From contig NC_087251.1 of assembly GCF_037042905.1 (NCBI RefSeq), forward strand, positions 5,954,001 through 6,018,000: a DNA stretch of 64,000 nt, read 5' to 3'. The position numbers and the translations under genes were made by a program. Below the pieces are notes generated by a model. That model did no database searches, had not been told where the DNA came from, and was given only the letters and a program-made list of their open reading frames with translations. Position 1 is the stretch's first letter; every line of letters begins with the position of its first letter. This document shows, piece after piece, positions 35,356-49,709 of this stretch. Source of the stretch: Lytechinus pictus (taxonomy: Eukaryota).

Positions 35356-37436
35356 GTTCTGAAGCAAGTAGCACATACCCTGCTGTAGACATGACACCTT
35401 CCATGTACACCCATGCTCCTGCAGGTACCCTTGATTCAAAGAACAAACACCTGACAAGCCTTGAACTCCTGCACCATGGAACTAGAGACACCAACACCAC
35501 CAAACAGAAGGTCATTCATGTGGTAGCACCATTTGAACCAAGCAAGTCTGAGGATATGAAGAATGCTGGTATTAAAGCAGAGCCAAAATCAGAACCTGGT
35601 GAAGATGTTGAGCATGGTGAGCAGATGAGTGATATTCAGTTACCTGAAGCTTTTCGGGAAACAATCAAGAATCCAATTGCAAGATCAGTTCCTGAATTGA
35701 TGGAACAAGGGGTTGCTGTGGATTCAAAGGCCTCAGATTGCCATCTTCCTCACAAACCTTTACCCTCAAAACACACTTTAAAACAATCCATGCAGTCCTT
35801 GAAAGTCAAGCAAAATTCTGTAGTCAGCCAACAGGTTGTTGAGGTTGAATCTGACTCAAAGCCATGTCATGCAAATGGAAAAGGAGAATATAAGTCTGAA
35901 CCAAGGAAGCATATAGTAACTCCTCCAAAGGATTATTTTTCACATCAGCAGACATTGAAAGAATCCAAAGACTCAGCTGGGAGATCAGAGTTGAAAATCT
36001 CAGGGAAAACAGCATCTGCTCCAGATGTTAAGACAACTTGCGCATCAGGGAGTACAGGAAAAGCAGATCACCAATTCAGGTACCTAAACCAACAAAAGAA
36101 GGAAGCAGTGACACACAAGAGTAAATCACTCGGAATCAACATGAAAAGACTTCGCAAATCACCTGTCAAGAAGCTTGTTGAGGAAATTCCAGTCAGTTAC
36201 TCCAAAAGGAAATATGGAAAGAGGAGAAAAAAATCTGATGCATCCAGTAATGAGAAGAAAAGTGATATTTCTTTGGCCAGCAAGGGTATGTTGATATGTG
36301 ATGACAAGAAATCAGTTCATCCAAGAAAGGATGTCACTCTGATGGTTGACAAAGATCAACAGAAAAGGATACCAATGGAATCAAATAATCTGAAAGGGAA
36401 TCATTCAACATCATCAACATCAAGTACAGGTCATAAACACTCAAAGCATGAGGATGGAACAAGCATTTATGAGATTATAATCACACCTGAAAAGAAAAAG
36501 AAACATAGAAGTAGGAAGAGGAGTCTTCAAATTATAGATGATAGTGTCATCAAAAGAACTAGGACAAAACGTACAACATCAGAAATGATTGAAATGAAAG
36601 TAGTGGATGATTCTCAAGGAAGTACAGAGAAATGTAGTTTAGAATCCTTGAACTCTCCTAGCTCCAGTATGAAACAATCAGAGGCTGGGTTATCATCATC
36701 TGAATCCTCAACAGAGCAAACATCTTTGCAATCTAAGATGCACTTTCTTTCAAGGTTACAGGTAGCAGGAGATAACAAATCAGTCAAGCTTTCTCTGTCA
36801 TCTTTGTCAGGGACACCAACCTCTTCATCATCAACAAAGTCTTCATTACAGAGTTTTATGAGACGGTCTTTAGAAAGTAGCCCATTACCAGAACAGCTTA
36901 CTAAAACTGCATTAACATCATCAGAGAGAAAGACTGATGCTAAAATTGTTCATGAACATTCGATTGGAAGAAACAAACTAATGCAAAGGGATATTCCTTT
37001 GCTTTCATCATCATCACCATCACCATCATCAGCAACATCGTCATCACCAGATTTGATACCTTCATCATTATACCCATTATCATCATCAAATAGTCATCCT
37101 TCTCAGCTTGTAACCAAGCAAACTTCTCCAGCTTTACAAATCAAGAAATTATTTGGAGGATCATCATCCAGAGACTCGTCCACACCTCAAGAATCAGTAA
37201 CAGTAGCTCCAAGGCAACAAAGAAAACATTCTTCTCAGCAACGAGTAAAAGCATCTTCCATCCAACATAGGAAACCATCTCCCAAAGAACAAAGGACAGC
37301 TTCCCACATGCAACAGAGAAAATCAACCACCATGAAATGGAGGAGAGTATCACCCAAGCAAGAGAGGAAAGCATCTCCCAAGGTACCAAAGAAATTATCT
37401 CCCATGAAACAGAGGAAAGTGTCTTCCAATGTGCAG
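35356..37436 (+). CDS. Large exon encoding a Ser/Lys-rich low-complexity C-terminal region, probably of the kinase gene
   Basis: 2081-bp open frame (ORF 35391-37484) bounded by polypyrimidine-TGCAG| and CAG|GTAATT. Its phase-1 start is compatible with the 5968 donor. Linkage to the kinase exons is inferred. Confidence 0.8.
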
Positions 37437-38921
37437 GTAATTAATATATTACATCCATGCTGTAATTCTAATAGGGATGTATAACATCCTTAGTAGGACC
37501 AAAGAACAAAGACTTGATAAGGTCTAACCTGCAATGTTAACCATAGACTACTCAATTATCTATAAACTAGATTATCAGATATACTATTAACTAGAATCCC
37601 TCTATTCTTATTAACATTTCCTTCACTTGAACATGCTCTGCTAAATGAGAAAGACATTATGAAAATCTTTAGCAAGTCCATTCGTACAGTCCTTCATTGG
37701 GAACTTTACTTTGTTCTTCTCACAAAAGGTTCAGCAACTCAAGTTTGGAAATAATTTCTTAATGCTCCTTTATCATATGTAAATATGGTGTCATTGGAAA
37801 GCATGGTTGTAACCCATTAAAATAAAGATAAAGATGCAACCATGTTATAAATAGAATATTGCACAATTGATTGTTTTCTGTAATGAATTCAAGGACAGAC
37901 CGAGTTTGAATGATATTGATGTATTGATGTGTGATGTCCACATGTGTATTTTCATTTACAAAGTTAAGTTTGGTTGGAATAATGTTGAACCCTGTCATTT
38001 TAGAAAAATGTTAGGATGTAAACATGAAATTGGTATGACTAGAAAACTTTATTATTTCCCTTTACAATGAGGTATCATTTGTTTTGATTACAGAAGTATA
38101 GAACATCATAGTAAACACAAGTATAATTTTTAATTTAAATAATGGATTTATTGTTTTCTTTAGTCAGCCCACCTGTGTGCTTTGAAACACCTGTATTAAG
38201 TGCCCTATAAATGTTATTATTATTATTAAGAGGAGTAATTACCTTTTCCAGAGGGCCAACCCTAATTTTGTTAAATACAGGTATGGGAATGTGCAATTAG
38301 TGTGACTTGGGCCCCATAACATTCAGCTTGGCCACCGACCATTACAATCAATCATAGATATCAGCCCCACAAGCAATCCCTAAGCTTTATGTTACAGGCC
38401 AAGGGTGGTGTTTCACAAATCATACTCCATTGGTGTGACATATGATTGCATCACTACATTGGTCAGATCACACTGATGGGGCACACACTACTGTGTTATA
38501 TCAATGAGCATACATGGTTAATATTATGTTTGCGGTGACACTTAATCACATCTTTTATTCTGATTTAAATGTTTGTGAAACTGCCCCTCGTTTTGTACAC
38601 ACAGTAATGACAGAGAGTCTAATGAGTCTCTGAATCATCTCTAACTGCTATTAACTGCTATTTAGAAGTTGCAAATCCCTAATACTAAAAATGAATTTTC
38701 AATGTAAATATTAGTACTATTGTCACCAGGAAAATAAAATCACTTGAAAGTTCAGGAAAAACTTCTTGGGCTATTAGAGAACCTCATTAGATGGATTTAA
38801 CTTAACAAACAGCTTTATAAAACAAGGCCTTCCTGATCTAATTACCAATTTGTCTTCTTTATTTTATTCTATTTTTATTTTTTTATTTGCAATGTTCATC
38901 AATTTCAATCCTAATCTCCAG

Positions 38922-38987
38922 GGCCAGATAATAGATATCAAAGCAACAGAGGCTGAAAGACAGGATTCTCCATCTGATGATGATGAT
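38922..38987 (+). CDS. Small exon of the same + strand gene (GQIIDIKATEAERQDSPSDDDD)
   Basis: CTCCAG| acceptor and |GTAAGT donor, 66 bp, phase 0-0, in frame with the previous exon. Confidence 0.75.
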
Positions 38988-39795
38988 GTAAGTTTAGACT
39001 GCATTCCTGTATCTCTATCATCTTATGCAATGTTTTTAATCCAGCTCATTCTACTCATTTTTAAGGCATTTTTGTTTCCATTCTTTTCTTTGATATTTTT
39101 TTATTTGTACATTTCTTCCAAATATTTATAACTTGTTTACTTTGACTGGAAATTGATTTGATTTACAAACAAATGAAGGCAGTATAATAGCTGTAACCCT
39201 CCCCCCTTAAAAAAAGCTTCAATATAAAATTATTAATTGATTCTCCCTCGGTACCATCACACCCCACCCCCACTCTCTCTCTCTCTCTCTCCCTCTGTCT
39301 CTCTTTGTAAAAATGTTCTCTCTATCCCTTTATCTATAGACCTTAAATTCACACTTCACTTTCCAAGATAATACTTCAATTTATTTGAATATATTCCAGT
39401 TTTCACCGATTTCACTCTGAAAATACAATCTAAATCTAGGCCAAGCAAAATGAGGATTGATCTGTGAGGTTATTACTGTACTTTAAAACTGACCATGATA
39501 TCCCTTCTTTCCTTTCTTCTTGCCGTTTTTTTTCTCTGGAAATTGAGCCAAAATGTAGGCCACTGCCCCAGTTTTTTTTCTCATTCAAGACAGTATCATA
39601 AAAAAATGCAACAATTGTGATGGATTATACAACCGCGAGCCATTTGGAAGAATAGCGATTTCAGTGAATGTTATGAGAAGGTTATATTTCTGCAGTCTCT
39701 TAGGTGAAATGTGGGAGTGTTTCCCCTCACCGTGTAATCCAGACTGAAAGACAATATTGATCCAAAATGTACTATGAGCTTTGCTACCTAAGCAG

Positions 39796-40039
39796 GGGGG
39801 TGTTTCACAAAGATTGAAGTATGATATTTAAGTCGCACTTAAATGTCTCATTGCGCGCGGTATAAAAGGCATGACCGCATTGGTCAGATCATGCCAAGAG
39901 GATGCGCACTACAGTAGTATCAAAGGTTGGCAGGTATGTCTACTGCGTATTGATTAATAAGATTGCATGTTTCATATCGTGTAGGGGTCGGCATTTAAGT
40001 GTGACTTAAGTCATACTTAAATCTTTGTGAAACTCCCCC
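39796..40039. mobile_element. Harbinger-like MITE
   Basis: Inverted termini GGGGGTGTTTCACAAAGATT..TTAAGTCGCACTTAAATG / CATTTAAGTGTGACTTAA..ATCTTTGTGAAACTCCCC with CAG/CTG flanks. A decayed relative lies at ~38402-38588. Confidence 0.65.
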
Positions 40040-40860
40040 CTGATCATACTTTTATCTTGTCCAATCCAGGATACACAATTCATGACTCTTTATGTCCTCC
40101 TGCAACTTCTTACATTGTGTTAAAAAGTCAATAATCACATTTCTGAAAATAAGATATCTCTCTTTGAATACCTAAATGTATGGTGGGTTTGATTCTCTGT
40201 GGGGGCAGGGGGGCATAAAGCTATTTGTAAGGTTAAGTAGCACTTTACAAATGAATATAAAATGCCAGAATATGGCCCTAAAGTTTTCCTGTCTTGATAA
40301 ATCATAACTCTCTTCTAAATATTTCGCCTTTTTTTAGGGGTAAGGCTAGTTTTTAGATTAAGCAAGTTACTATTTTGTACAGATGAATTTCAATTGCCAA
40401 ATAAATATACACTGCCAAAAGCTTTCTAGACTTGATAAAATATGGCTATGTTTCAATTGATTTTGTCTTGAATTATGGTACACAATTTGCATACCAAAAT
40501 GAATGTTGACAGGAAGAATGCTAATCATACTTTTTATTTGGGAAAAAAATGCATATTTCACTTTTTAACTTAACTCCTGTAGCTGATGTAAGGTAATTCT
40601 TTAAGATTTGTGACCTATGTTGCCATGTTATAGGAACCCCTATACTGAAAAATTATTATGTGAACAGATGCTTTCATAATTAGTGTTTTTATTTTACATG
40701 AACCACTGATTTAATGTAAAGGGAGGGAAATCTGAGTTTAGTTTTTATTAAGAAGAAATGTGTGTGCCTTTTTGAAATTTAAACAAAGCATTCATTAATT
40801 GTTGTAATTCTCAATATTCTATTTTCCTTTTTTCCTTTCTTTTGTCTAATTTCACTGTAG

Positions 40861-40878
40861 GAGATATTACTTCTGTGA
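40861..40878 (+). CDS. Probable terminal coding exon (EILLL-stop) of the + strand gene
   Basis: Strong polypyrimidine tract + TGTAG| at 40860. Phase 0 gives GAG ATA TTA CTT CTG TGA, with AATAAA at ~41133. Confidence 0.55.
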   Translation, partial: EILLL

Positions 40879-42180
40879 TACTACAAGGAGCTCTTCTCAA
40901 GAGGCAAGACTGTTTGGACTAAGATAAATCATCTTTACATGTACATGTATATCTTTATGACCTTATCCATTGCTTTCCCCAAAATAGAAAATCCTTTGAT
41001 ACAATCAAGAGAATTTTGTGCATACTGTATCTACCTTCATTTATTTGATCAGACCAAATACTAATAGTCATGACACAACTTTTATAAAGAAATTGATTTA
41101 TAGATTAGACTTTAGGAGATGAGTTAATCATGAATAAAAGCTCAGGGGCTGTATCCTGAAAATTGTCTAAGCAAGAATATATTCTTGGATCTTCAGAGTT
41201 ACAATGAAATAGGTATTCTGAAAATTCATCTTTACTCTTCTATCGTTTCTTCTAGCTTTCACTGAGCATGCATGTTGTCAGAAATGAAAATATGCATAAA
41301 GCTATAAACGGCGCATATGAAGCCAATTTACCATGTATTTTTACTCTGCTAAATATTCTTTTTTTTTTGTGAGATACTAGGTATGTCAGTCTTACATCAT
41401 GGGTTAGGAATCATGCTGGTTGTTTCAAGATGTTAGAAAATGGCATCATTTTCAATTGTCTCCCCAAAATAAACCAGTCAATATTAGTATTACCTATTAG
41501 TTGTACTCATTTAAAACTCATGTCTAATGTAATTATTTTTTGGTAGCAATAACAAGTATCTGTTATTCAGGCTTCATAATTTTCTGAGAAACCAATTTTG
41601 ACTTGAAATTGTTTCAATGCTCCTATACTTTTAACATGTAAACTCAACCTCTCATTACATACAGTGGTTCATGGGTAAATCTGGAAGCTTGGCCAATATT
41701 GCAAATTCTGCCATTTGAGGTGATGTGTACAATGCATCTTTTATTTTGTAGCTAAAATGCATTTTTATTGGTAAATAATAATGATAATTTAATTTTAATC
41801 AGACTTTAACCATATTGTTTTTTTGCCCATTGTTTTGAAATATTTACTACAAAGCTATAGATGGGTGGCAGTACTTTCTTACACAACCTCTATGAATTTT
41901 GACATGATTTAACATGTCCCTTTTTGAAAATTGTACATGGAATTGAATTATTGTAACTATGCAATTTTTAATTTTATTTTCCTATTTTGTAGCCTAATGT
42001 AAAAAGATTGTGCATTAAAATTAAAGGCATTTCCCAAATTCAATGAGTGATATTGTCCTTTAACCATGTAGGCCTAATGTGTGTCTGTGTAGTTTGAATG
42101 TTATAGATGGGGGTCATTTTATGGAGTTGGTATGAATTGTGACATTTCAGCACAACTCAATATCAATTACTAGTATACTA

Positions 42181-43137
42181 CAGTGCGTATCAAAAAAAAG
42201 TTTACACTTTGAAAAAGCCCTGTGGGTAATTTTTTCACATACATTCTTGGGTTTAGGTCTCATCTATCCAATGAGAGTAAAAGTTTTGACAGAATGTTAC
42301 ACTTGAGTGAGCACTGTCCATTTTTGTAAAGCTCGCAGAAATCTGTTTGCGCAGAAATGCTCATTTTCACGCTGTGTCAAGGGGAAAATCAATCTTACCC
42401 TGCGAAACATTTCTCATACATTTCCCTTGCACTTTTAGTCAATTGAAATAAAACGGATATATTCAAGCAATTCGTAACAATTTTGCCACCCAAATTTAGA
42501 TTTCAACACTTTGTAAGCACAACCTTCACCCTTTTTGAGCCAGCTGGATCTGAGGACATAACTGAATCTGAACAAAAGTCTATATCAAACATCTCCAGCA
42601 TTTTTTCACTAAGTTGTTATCATTTAAAGTGGTTTTACATTTCATTTTTCATTTAATACTTGTTTCTCCTCACTTTTCCCAAGCTTGACAATGATTAACA
42701 CATTAAAAATCCACCCTAAGCCATTTCATGTAATCACAGCTCAGTGTAAAGCAAATCTCGTCACAATGGCCTCGGTGTTTGGGGGAGTGGGGTGGGGCAC
42801 AGTGCACTCTTTCAAAGTGTTTTAGGCAAGGAAACAAGTTAAAAAAGGTAAAAGATATCTTCAAATCAATTTTACTAGCTAAATTACACGTATTCTTCAT
42901 GATTAAGGTCTACTTTTATTCGCATAACTATTTCAAAGTTCTGCGCAAATAATTTTTCACTAACTTTTCAAAAGTAAGTGGTGCTCACTCAAGTAGAAAT
43001 ATTTTTTGACAGTTATATCCTCATTTGCTTAAATGGATCTGTACCAATGTTAAAATGTGGAAAAATCTTCAGGATCTTACAAATGTATAATTTTACAGGA
43101 ATTTTTCTAAGTGTAAACTTTTTTTTGATACGCACTG
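42181..43137 (-). mobile_element. Non-autonomous Tc1/mariner-like element, copy 2
   Basis: Perfect ~29-bp TIRs CAGTGCGTATCAAAAAAAAGTTTACACTT with TA on both sides. Homologous to 387-1022. Confidence 0.85.
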
Positions 43138-44018
43138 TATACATACATGTATGGTTTGAGGCTTTATGTTTGCATGAAGACCATACATTTTACTGGATAT
43201 TTGGGGTCATTTAGACTAATCGTTTATGAAGTTATTGAGCAGAGTATCATGCTGTCAGAGGGACATAGTGTCTGTGTAGCATTGGGATGTTCACATTTTT
43301 TCTTAAAAGTCAAATTATTGCAATTAGACTGACCAAAACCTGAAACAATATGCACATTTACTTGTTGAGTCTGGTAGCTAAATACCTCAGATTTCCTTTG
43401 CATAGTTTTTTTTTTTTTAAAGAAAATTAGAAAATTGTCACTATGCTACTTGTTGTCCACCAAATGTGACAGTTCCCAATGGTACATGAACACTGACAAT
43501 TTTTTAATTTTGTTTTAAAACTATGCATAGTAAATCTTTTAGGACTAAGTATTCCGATGCTACATGGACAGGACACCATGTACATTAAACAGCATTATGC
43601 ACTGTTTTGCAATGAAAAATTAAGCTAAATGACCCCAAATTTCCAGTAAAATATATGGTCTTAATCCATATGTATAGCCTACAAACAATAATTGTAATTA
43701 GTATTGAGTTAAGATGAAATGCCACACTTTGTGCCCCAACTTTATCGAAAGGCTCAAGTGCATTTGATGTATTTAACAATTTGATGTGAATTTGATAGAG
43801 AAAACCAACCAGACATGGTCATTTTAAATTTCATAAAAATCTGAAATAATTAGAGTCATAGCATTTTTAAGTTTTCCTTAGTTTCACAAAAAAGGGTTAT
43901 ATGTACAACATGGCAGTATTTAAATGAGAAGTGATGTCATCATACACTAAACATTTCTATACTTCAATACATGAAATGTGACATTGTTTCCTCCAATAAT
44001 GTCAAATAGTAAAGATCT

Positions 44019-44720
44019 GGGCAAAGTATTCTGAAAATTGTCTTAAGAGAAATATTCTTGTATCTTTAGAGTTACAATAAAAATCCGTATTCTGAAAACT
44101 CTTGTATCTTTTCTTGTAACTTTCACTAAGCGCTTATGACGTCAGAGTTACAATGATGCGTAAAGTTAAAAACGGCGCATAATTATCCTTTTGCACAAGA
44201 TAACATATCGAGATAAAAGGTATTCTGAAAATTATCTTATCTTTGCGTTCTGTTAACTTCCTTGCAAAATACAAGAAAATTTACAAGAGGTAGGGGGCTC
44301 TTGTAACTTAATGTTGAATGCGACATTTCTCGGTCAACAATAATAATTTCTTGCTGCATCCCGCAAGAACATTATGTTTTACAAAAGGAGAAATTCCAAA
44401 TTTTTTCAGAGAAAATATGACTGAGAAAACCACGTGTATTTTAGCACAGTAGCGTACAACCATCAGCGTCGGTGGCGCAAAGGAAATTACGCTGCATGTC
44501 AACAATGCGCTTAGTTATTTTTTTAGAAAGGACGCTTCTATTGGTATAAAAAGTTAAATGATTGGTTGATGATAAAATATTAGGCATGTCAGAGATAAAA
44601 TAGGGGACGTCCTTACAGAGAGAAGACAATTTTCAGAATACCGATTTAAGAAAATTTTAGCGAGCTGTTATCTTGCTGAGTTACAAGAAAAGTTAAGACA
44701 ATTTTATGAATACCACCCCC
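44019..44720. mobile_element. Harbinger-like non-autonomous element
   Basis: Imperfect inverted termini GTATTCTGAAAATTGTCTTAA / TTAAGACAATTTTATGAATAC and repeated GTATTCTGAAAA motifs. A partial relative lies at ~41145-41340. Confidence 0.55.
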
Positions 44721-45080
44721 GTTTTCCGTGAATATGTAAAGTGGATATATCATTGTAATTAAATAAAACTATTTTATATATTTTCAAATCTCTAAAAATT
44801 GAGATTGTTGAAACCTTCATGTAATAAAAACAAAAAGGTTAGTGAGTGTGACCATATTAGCCCTTAAATGTATACAGCCTATTATATTGTGCATATTATT
44901 ATGTTGTGTAACATTAACTGTAATTTAGAAATGAAAAATGTCGTAGTTTACCTCCTATTCTTGTGACACTTGTCCGTGTTTTACTCATTTGATTCATCTC
45001 AAAAGTTTCAAATCAACAACATGCAACTCCAAATGTTTTCCTCTGTCAGCAGTGTCTCTTTTAACTTAACTATATATATA

Positions 45081-47172
45081 CACAACAAAAAAAGTAAGTC
45101 CCCCCTAAATCAAATTGCTGTAACTTTTGAACGGAATTATTTTGAGATATGATATTTCATAGGTGGTTTTCTACACTCATTAAGCAACTCCTAGGGAAAA
45201 ATGAGATTGATCGGTTGAGTCATGCATGAGTAATTAAAGATTGAATTAAAAATGACCATTTTTGAAAGTCGTTTTTCAGATTTTGCAAATACAAAGTTGG
45301 GCAAAAGTTACTGTTAGGTGAATTTTATGGTGTTAATGCCATTTTACTATCCATCATTTAGCCACTCCACACACAATTTTGATATCGTATGTTCATGGTT
45401 GAGTGAGCACAATATTACAGGGGCTGCAGAAGCGGGGTAAGGGGGGGGGGGCTGGGGACCCCCCACTTTTTTCCAAACGCATGTAAAAAAAAAATGTAAA
45501 AATGGCCATACGATTGTGTTTTTTGCATGGCCAGCCCCCCCCCCCCCCCACTTTTGGCTACGTCCCTCCCCCATACTTTGAAAACCGTTCCGCGGCCCCT
45601 GTATTGTGACGTATCATCATATGGGGTTTGGTAGTATCCTCTACAACTTGTTAGGTCATATTAACATTTGAAAATGTTGGTGGCTCCCCCGATTATAGGC
45701 CCCTCCCCCATTTTTAAATTCTGGATCCACCCCTGATTTGTCCATAAATTAAACTCATCATGGGAAATTGTTAGGAAAAGAATACATTTATGCAGTATAA
45801 AGAGTATTCATTCCTAAGTTTTCGAATGTGCTCGCTCAACCATGAAAATGTTAGAAGTTCGGAAAGTGTGTGGTGATAGAAATGATGGATGATAAAAACA
45901 ACAGCAATTAAAGTCACATTTGAAACCAAATTTGCCCCCAATATTCACCTTATTACCCTTTAAAATGAGTCTGTGACATTGAAAATACCCATTTTCCCAC
46001 TTTGATGCGTGCTCACTCATCCATAAATGAACAAATCGATTTCATTTTTGCACAGAATTCTGCCCATAGGTTGATAAACATTGCTGCCAAATGACATTGC
46101 TAAAGACAGCCTTGAAAAAAAGTTCCACCATATTGAATAAGGGGTTACTTATTCTTAAACATATGCATCCATAATGTACACAAGTCTATGAGAGATGAAG
46201 TCAAAATTTTAACAAATATGAAATAAGGGTTTGTTTCATGGACGGCTTTTGTTACTTCTGCCGACAGTTATTTCATGAAACTTCGCACATGGCTTCAGAG
46301 TAACACTATCCCAAAGGTGCGCACACCAAAATAACAATTCGATACGGCACAGAGTGGGGCCAAGGCCTTGAACTTTCTTCTCATTTGCATAATTTTCGAA
46401 TATCGTGTGCTCACTGATGCATTAAACATCGGGATTTTCATAAAAATCAAATCAAATGAACCATGCAAGGAGGTTTGTGACAGATATCCATAGTTACAAA
46501 TTGCATTTTTTCCAATAACGTAAAAAAGAGCTAATCACATTCCACATGTTCATTCAAGCGTGAATGTTTAATTAAGCGCCTTTGAATCATTGAAGCATGT
46601 TAATTGGTCATGAACATAACGAACAAGTTGATAAAAGATCAGTTTCAATTCCCAAAATGAAACAATACTTGCCTATGATATTTGAAAATCGTATTTTGTT
46701 TTCAATAAATGTTCATTGAATCGTGAAATAATGAATATTGATGAAGATACTCTTCCAAAAAATTATTGTCATCATATTCTATCATTTTTATTGATAAAAA
46801 TGTGTAAAAACTCAAATTACAGCAAATTTGGACTTGTGTTTATTCAACCGTGAAATTTAGCCAAAAAAGTTGTATCGTCTTTTAGAAAGTACCTTTTACA
46901 AGCCTTCTGACTATTTTTTATGATGAGAATGCAGAATCAGTTCCATTAAAATGGAATCAAAGTCATGATATTTGGCTTGTGACTTTCGAAAAGTGACATT
47001 TTTGCCTTCTGACGGTGCTCACTGAAGCATGACGTAAAATATGTCCACAACATTTACTCAGATGGTAGCTTATAAAATTTCCTACACGCTCATGTAAAAA
47101 TATATCAAAAACTCACATTGGTTCGGAAATTATTGATGATTGTTCAAGGGGGGACTTACTTTTTTTGTTGTG
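45081..47172. mobile_element. Non-autonomous CACTA/EnSpm (CMC)-like element
   Basis: Perfect 25-bp TIRs CACAACAAAAAAAGTAAGTCCCCCC, inserted in a (TA)n context with TA on both sides. No transposase ORF. Contains a small CAGGGGC..GCCCCTG insertion at 45418-45601. Confidence 0.75.
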
Positions 47173-49585
47173 TATATATTTTTTAAAATTGTATTAGAAT
47201 TCATTTTCTAGGGGGTGAGGATGGGGGTTCTCTTTGATATATCATGGGATGATAAATATGATTTTTCAAAATGCACATATTATACACCTTTGTATATCAA
47301 ATATCCCCTTTTGCATTCTCTTTTTAACCTTCTCATTTACTCTTCATTATTAAAGCACACTTGTAATTCACATAAGAATATGATGACCTTAATGCTCAGT
47401 GCAATGTTCACAGAATATACACAAGATTTAATATATAGAAGCTTATGTCAGCTTATTATAGAATGTCTAATTACAAGAAATTTACAAGATAGTCATATGT
47501 ACAGAATATGAACAATTCTTTACAATGAATATGTTACTGATCATTTTTTTTAAAGGCTTGTTTTTCAGATATAGGTAAAAGCTAGGTAAAGATGGTTTTC
47601 AAATAAGATCTAATTCCATCAGATATTTACTCACTGTAGGGTTACATAAATTATACCCAAATACAAAATGCCCCTTTTAATGGAAATAGTAGAAGATGCC
47701 ATGATTAAATTAACAGGTGTAAAAATCAATTATATTTCATTTCAAAAGAAAACTTTATTTCTTTTCACTTGTTCTACAACTTGTCCTGCACAAAGGCAGC
47801 TACATCTGATTGCAAAGGTTAGGTTTGTTCCTTGACTTTGGAAGAAAAATCCCTTTACATTTATACTTGTTGGCAAATTATCTGAATACAACGAAACCCT
47901 CCATCCAAAGTTTCAGTAAGTAACCAGTTTATTTGTATGATAGCATTATCAATAGGGGGTACAACCAACCACTATGGTTGTCCTATAAATGAAATTCAAT
48001 TTCAATCAAGCTTTCCATTGTATCATAAATAACTAATATTTCTTGCTGCATGTGGACAGACACTCGTAGACATGTATGAGCTGTGTACGTCTTACCAAGA
48101 GATGTGATTGACTCTAAATTGAGATTGATATCAATTGTAAGATCAATTATAATTTGAGATCATCTTGAATTAATAGATGAGAGGAGTATTTTTAAAAAGC
48201 ATGGTACAATTCTATGAATGCCTGAAGAGCTTTAGTTGCTAAGGTCAAAGCCTTCTGGACACTCTTCCGTTCATAGGCTCATAAAAAATAAGTGCACAAT
48301 ACAACAAGAGTACATGTATATTATTTCTATCTTGTTAAGCCTAAAATATTTTCCAAAATCGGTCTGCGATCAAGTTTTGGAAAAATAAATGATTCAATAT
48401 TATGAGCATTCAACCAAAATTATACTGCCTGAAGTTCTCAAAGGTTATACAAATCTCTGGCCTATTGCAAACAAAAAGTCAGTTGTGAATCATATTGACA
48501 TTATAGCAGACTTGGAATCTGCTTAAAATTAGGCCAATTTGGACTAATACTATAAACCTTACTTACTGAAGATTAACAAAACTTTTATTTCAGTATTTCT
48601 GCTTGATTTGAAAGTAATTCCAATTTGTTCGAAAATTTAATTGCAGACTGGTCATGTAGAGTGCAGTGGCATACAGGTATCTGAAAATCCAAAATTATTA
48701 TGAAACTTGACTTTTGCACAGAAAATTTAATTAGATTAATACTCATCTCATTAATGAAAAAAAATCACTTTGAATAGATACTAATAGATATTTTCATGAA
48801 CAATATTATTAGCTTGAGGAAAATCACAATATCATTTACCACATTTCACTATTGCATATTCAGAATAAAGAACAAGTTGACTGTTTTATTTTTGATACAT
48901 CAATCTATTTTTCCTGCTTCTTTTAAATATTTCTAGCTAATGATAAAAAAGCTGTTTGTTCATAGAGATTGCAAACATACATGAAAATGATATAAATATA
49001 GGCCTACTCAATCATACTCAATTTTGAATAGTTACTGAACACATTTATACATATTAGGATTATGTATATAATTCAGAATGACAGAGGACTGTAGTAAACA
49101 TCACATTGCATTTTCAAATTTATTCAATAGACACAAAAGGTAAGGAAGAATCTGTATTTGCCAGTTAGATATTCTCATAGACAGAACAGTTATTTGAATG
49201 AAAACTGAAAGTTCTGGAATGTCTTTCTCTTTCAGTTATGAAAATGGAAAGCACTGATACTCGGATAATTGCGTACTAGATGTTCTATCACAGATAGAAC
49301 ATCAAAGGCACTATTCACAAAATGAAGTGAAGATCATCTACAAAGCTGTATGAACACATGCGATATTACCATCATACCCATTCATTTACCCTTTACAACA
49401 TAAATAGGATGGAATCATATTTTCATTTTGAAGTACAAGGTTTGCAAAATCATTAAGAGGCAACGTTCATATCACTGACTGACTTGAAGGGATATCAAAA
49501 AGCCTTGTTCTCCACCATGTATGACTATGTAAGGTTAAATTCAAAGAGGGCAAATTCTGCTCAAGGTGAATGACAGAGGCACTCT

Positions 49586-49709
49586 TCACATAGCTACAAT
49601 GGATGTAGACTGATGAACAGCTGGTAGCTGTGTGGACGGGTCTACCTCAGCTTGAGTGAGGAACGTCTGGTCTTTATCATCACTCTCAGGAGGGGCCTCA
49701 ATGGCAAGA
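49586..49709 (-). CDS. BBOF1: BBOF1 exon 10 (last; LAIEAPPESDDKDQTFLTQ...IVAM-stop)
   Basis: TTTCAG acceptor, phase 2 matches exon 9, TGA at 49588-49586. Confidence 0.7.

Noticed and set aside
35391..37484. Stand-alone single-exon 697-aa gene
   Set aside because: The frame is open upstream to an acceptor at 35355, and a donor at 37437 precedes the stop, so it behaves as an internal exon.
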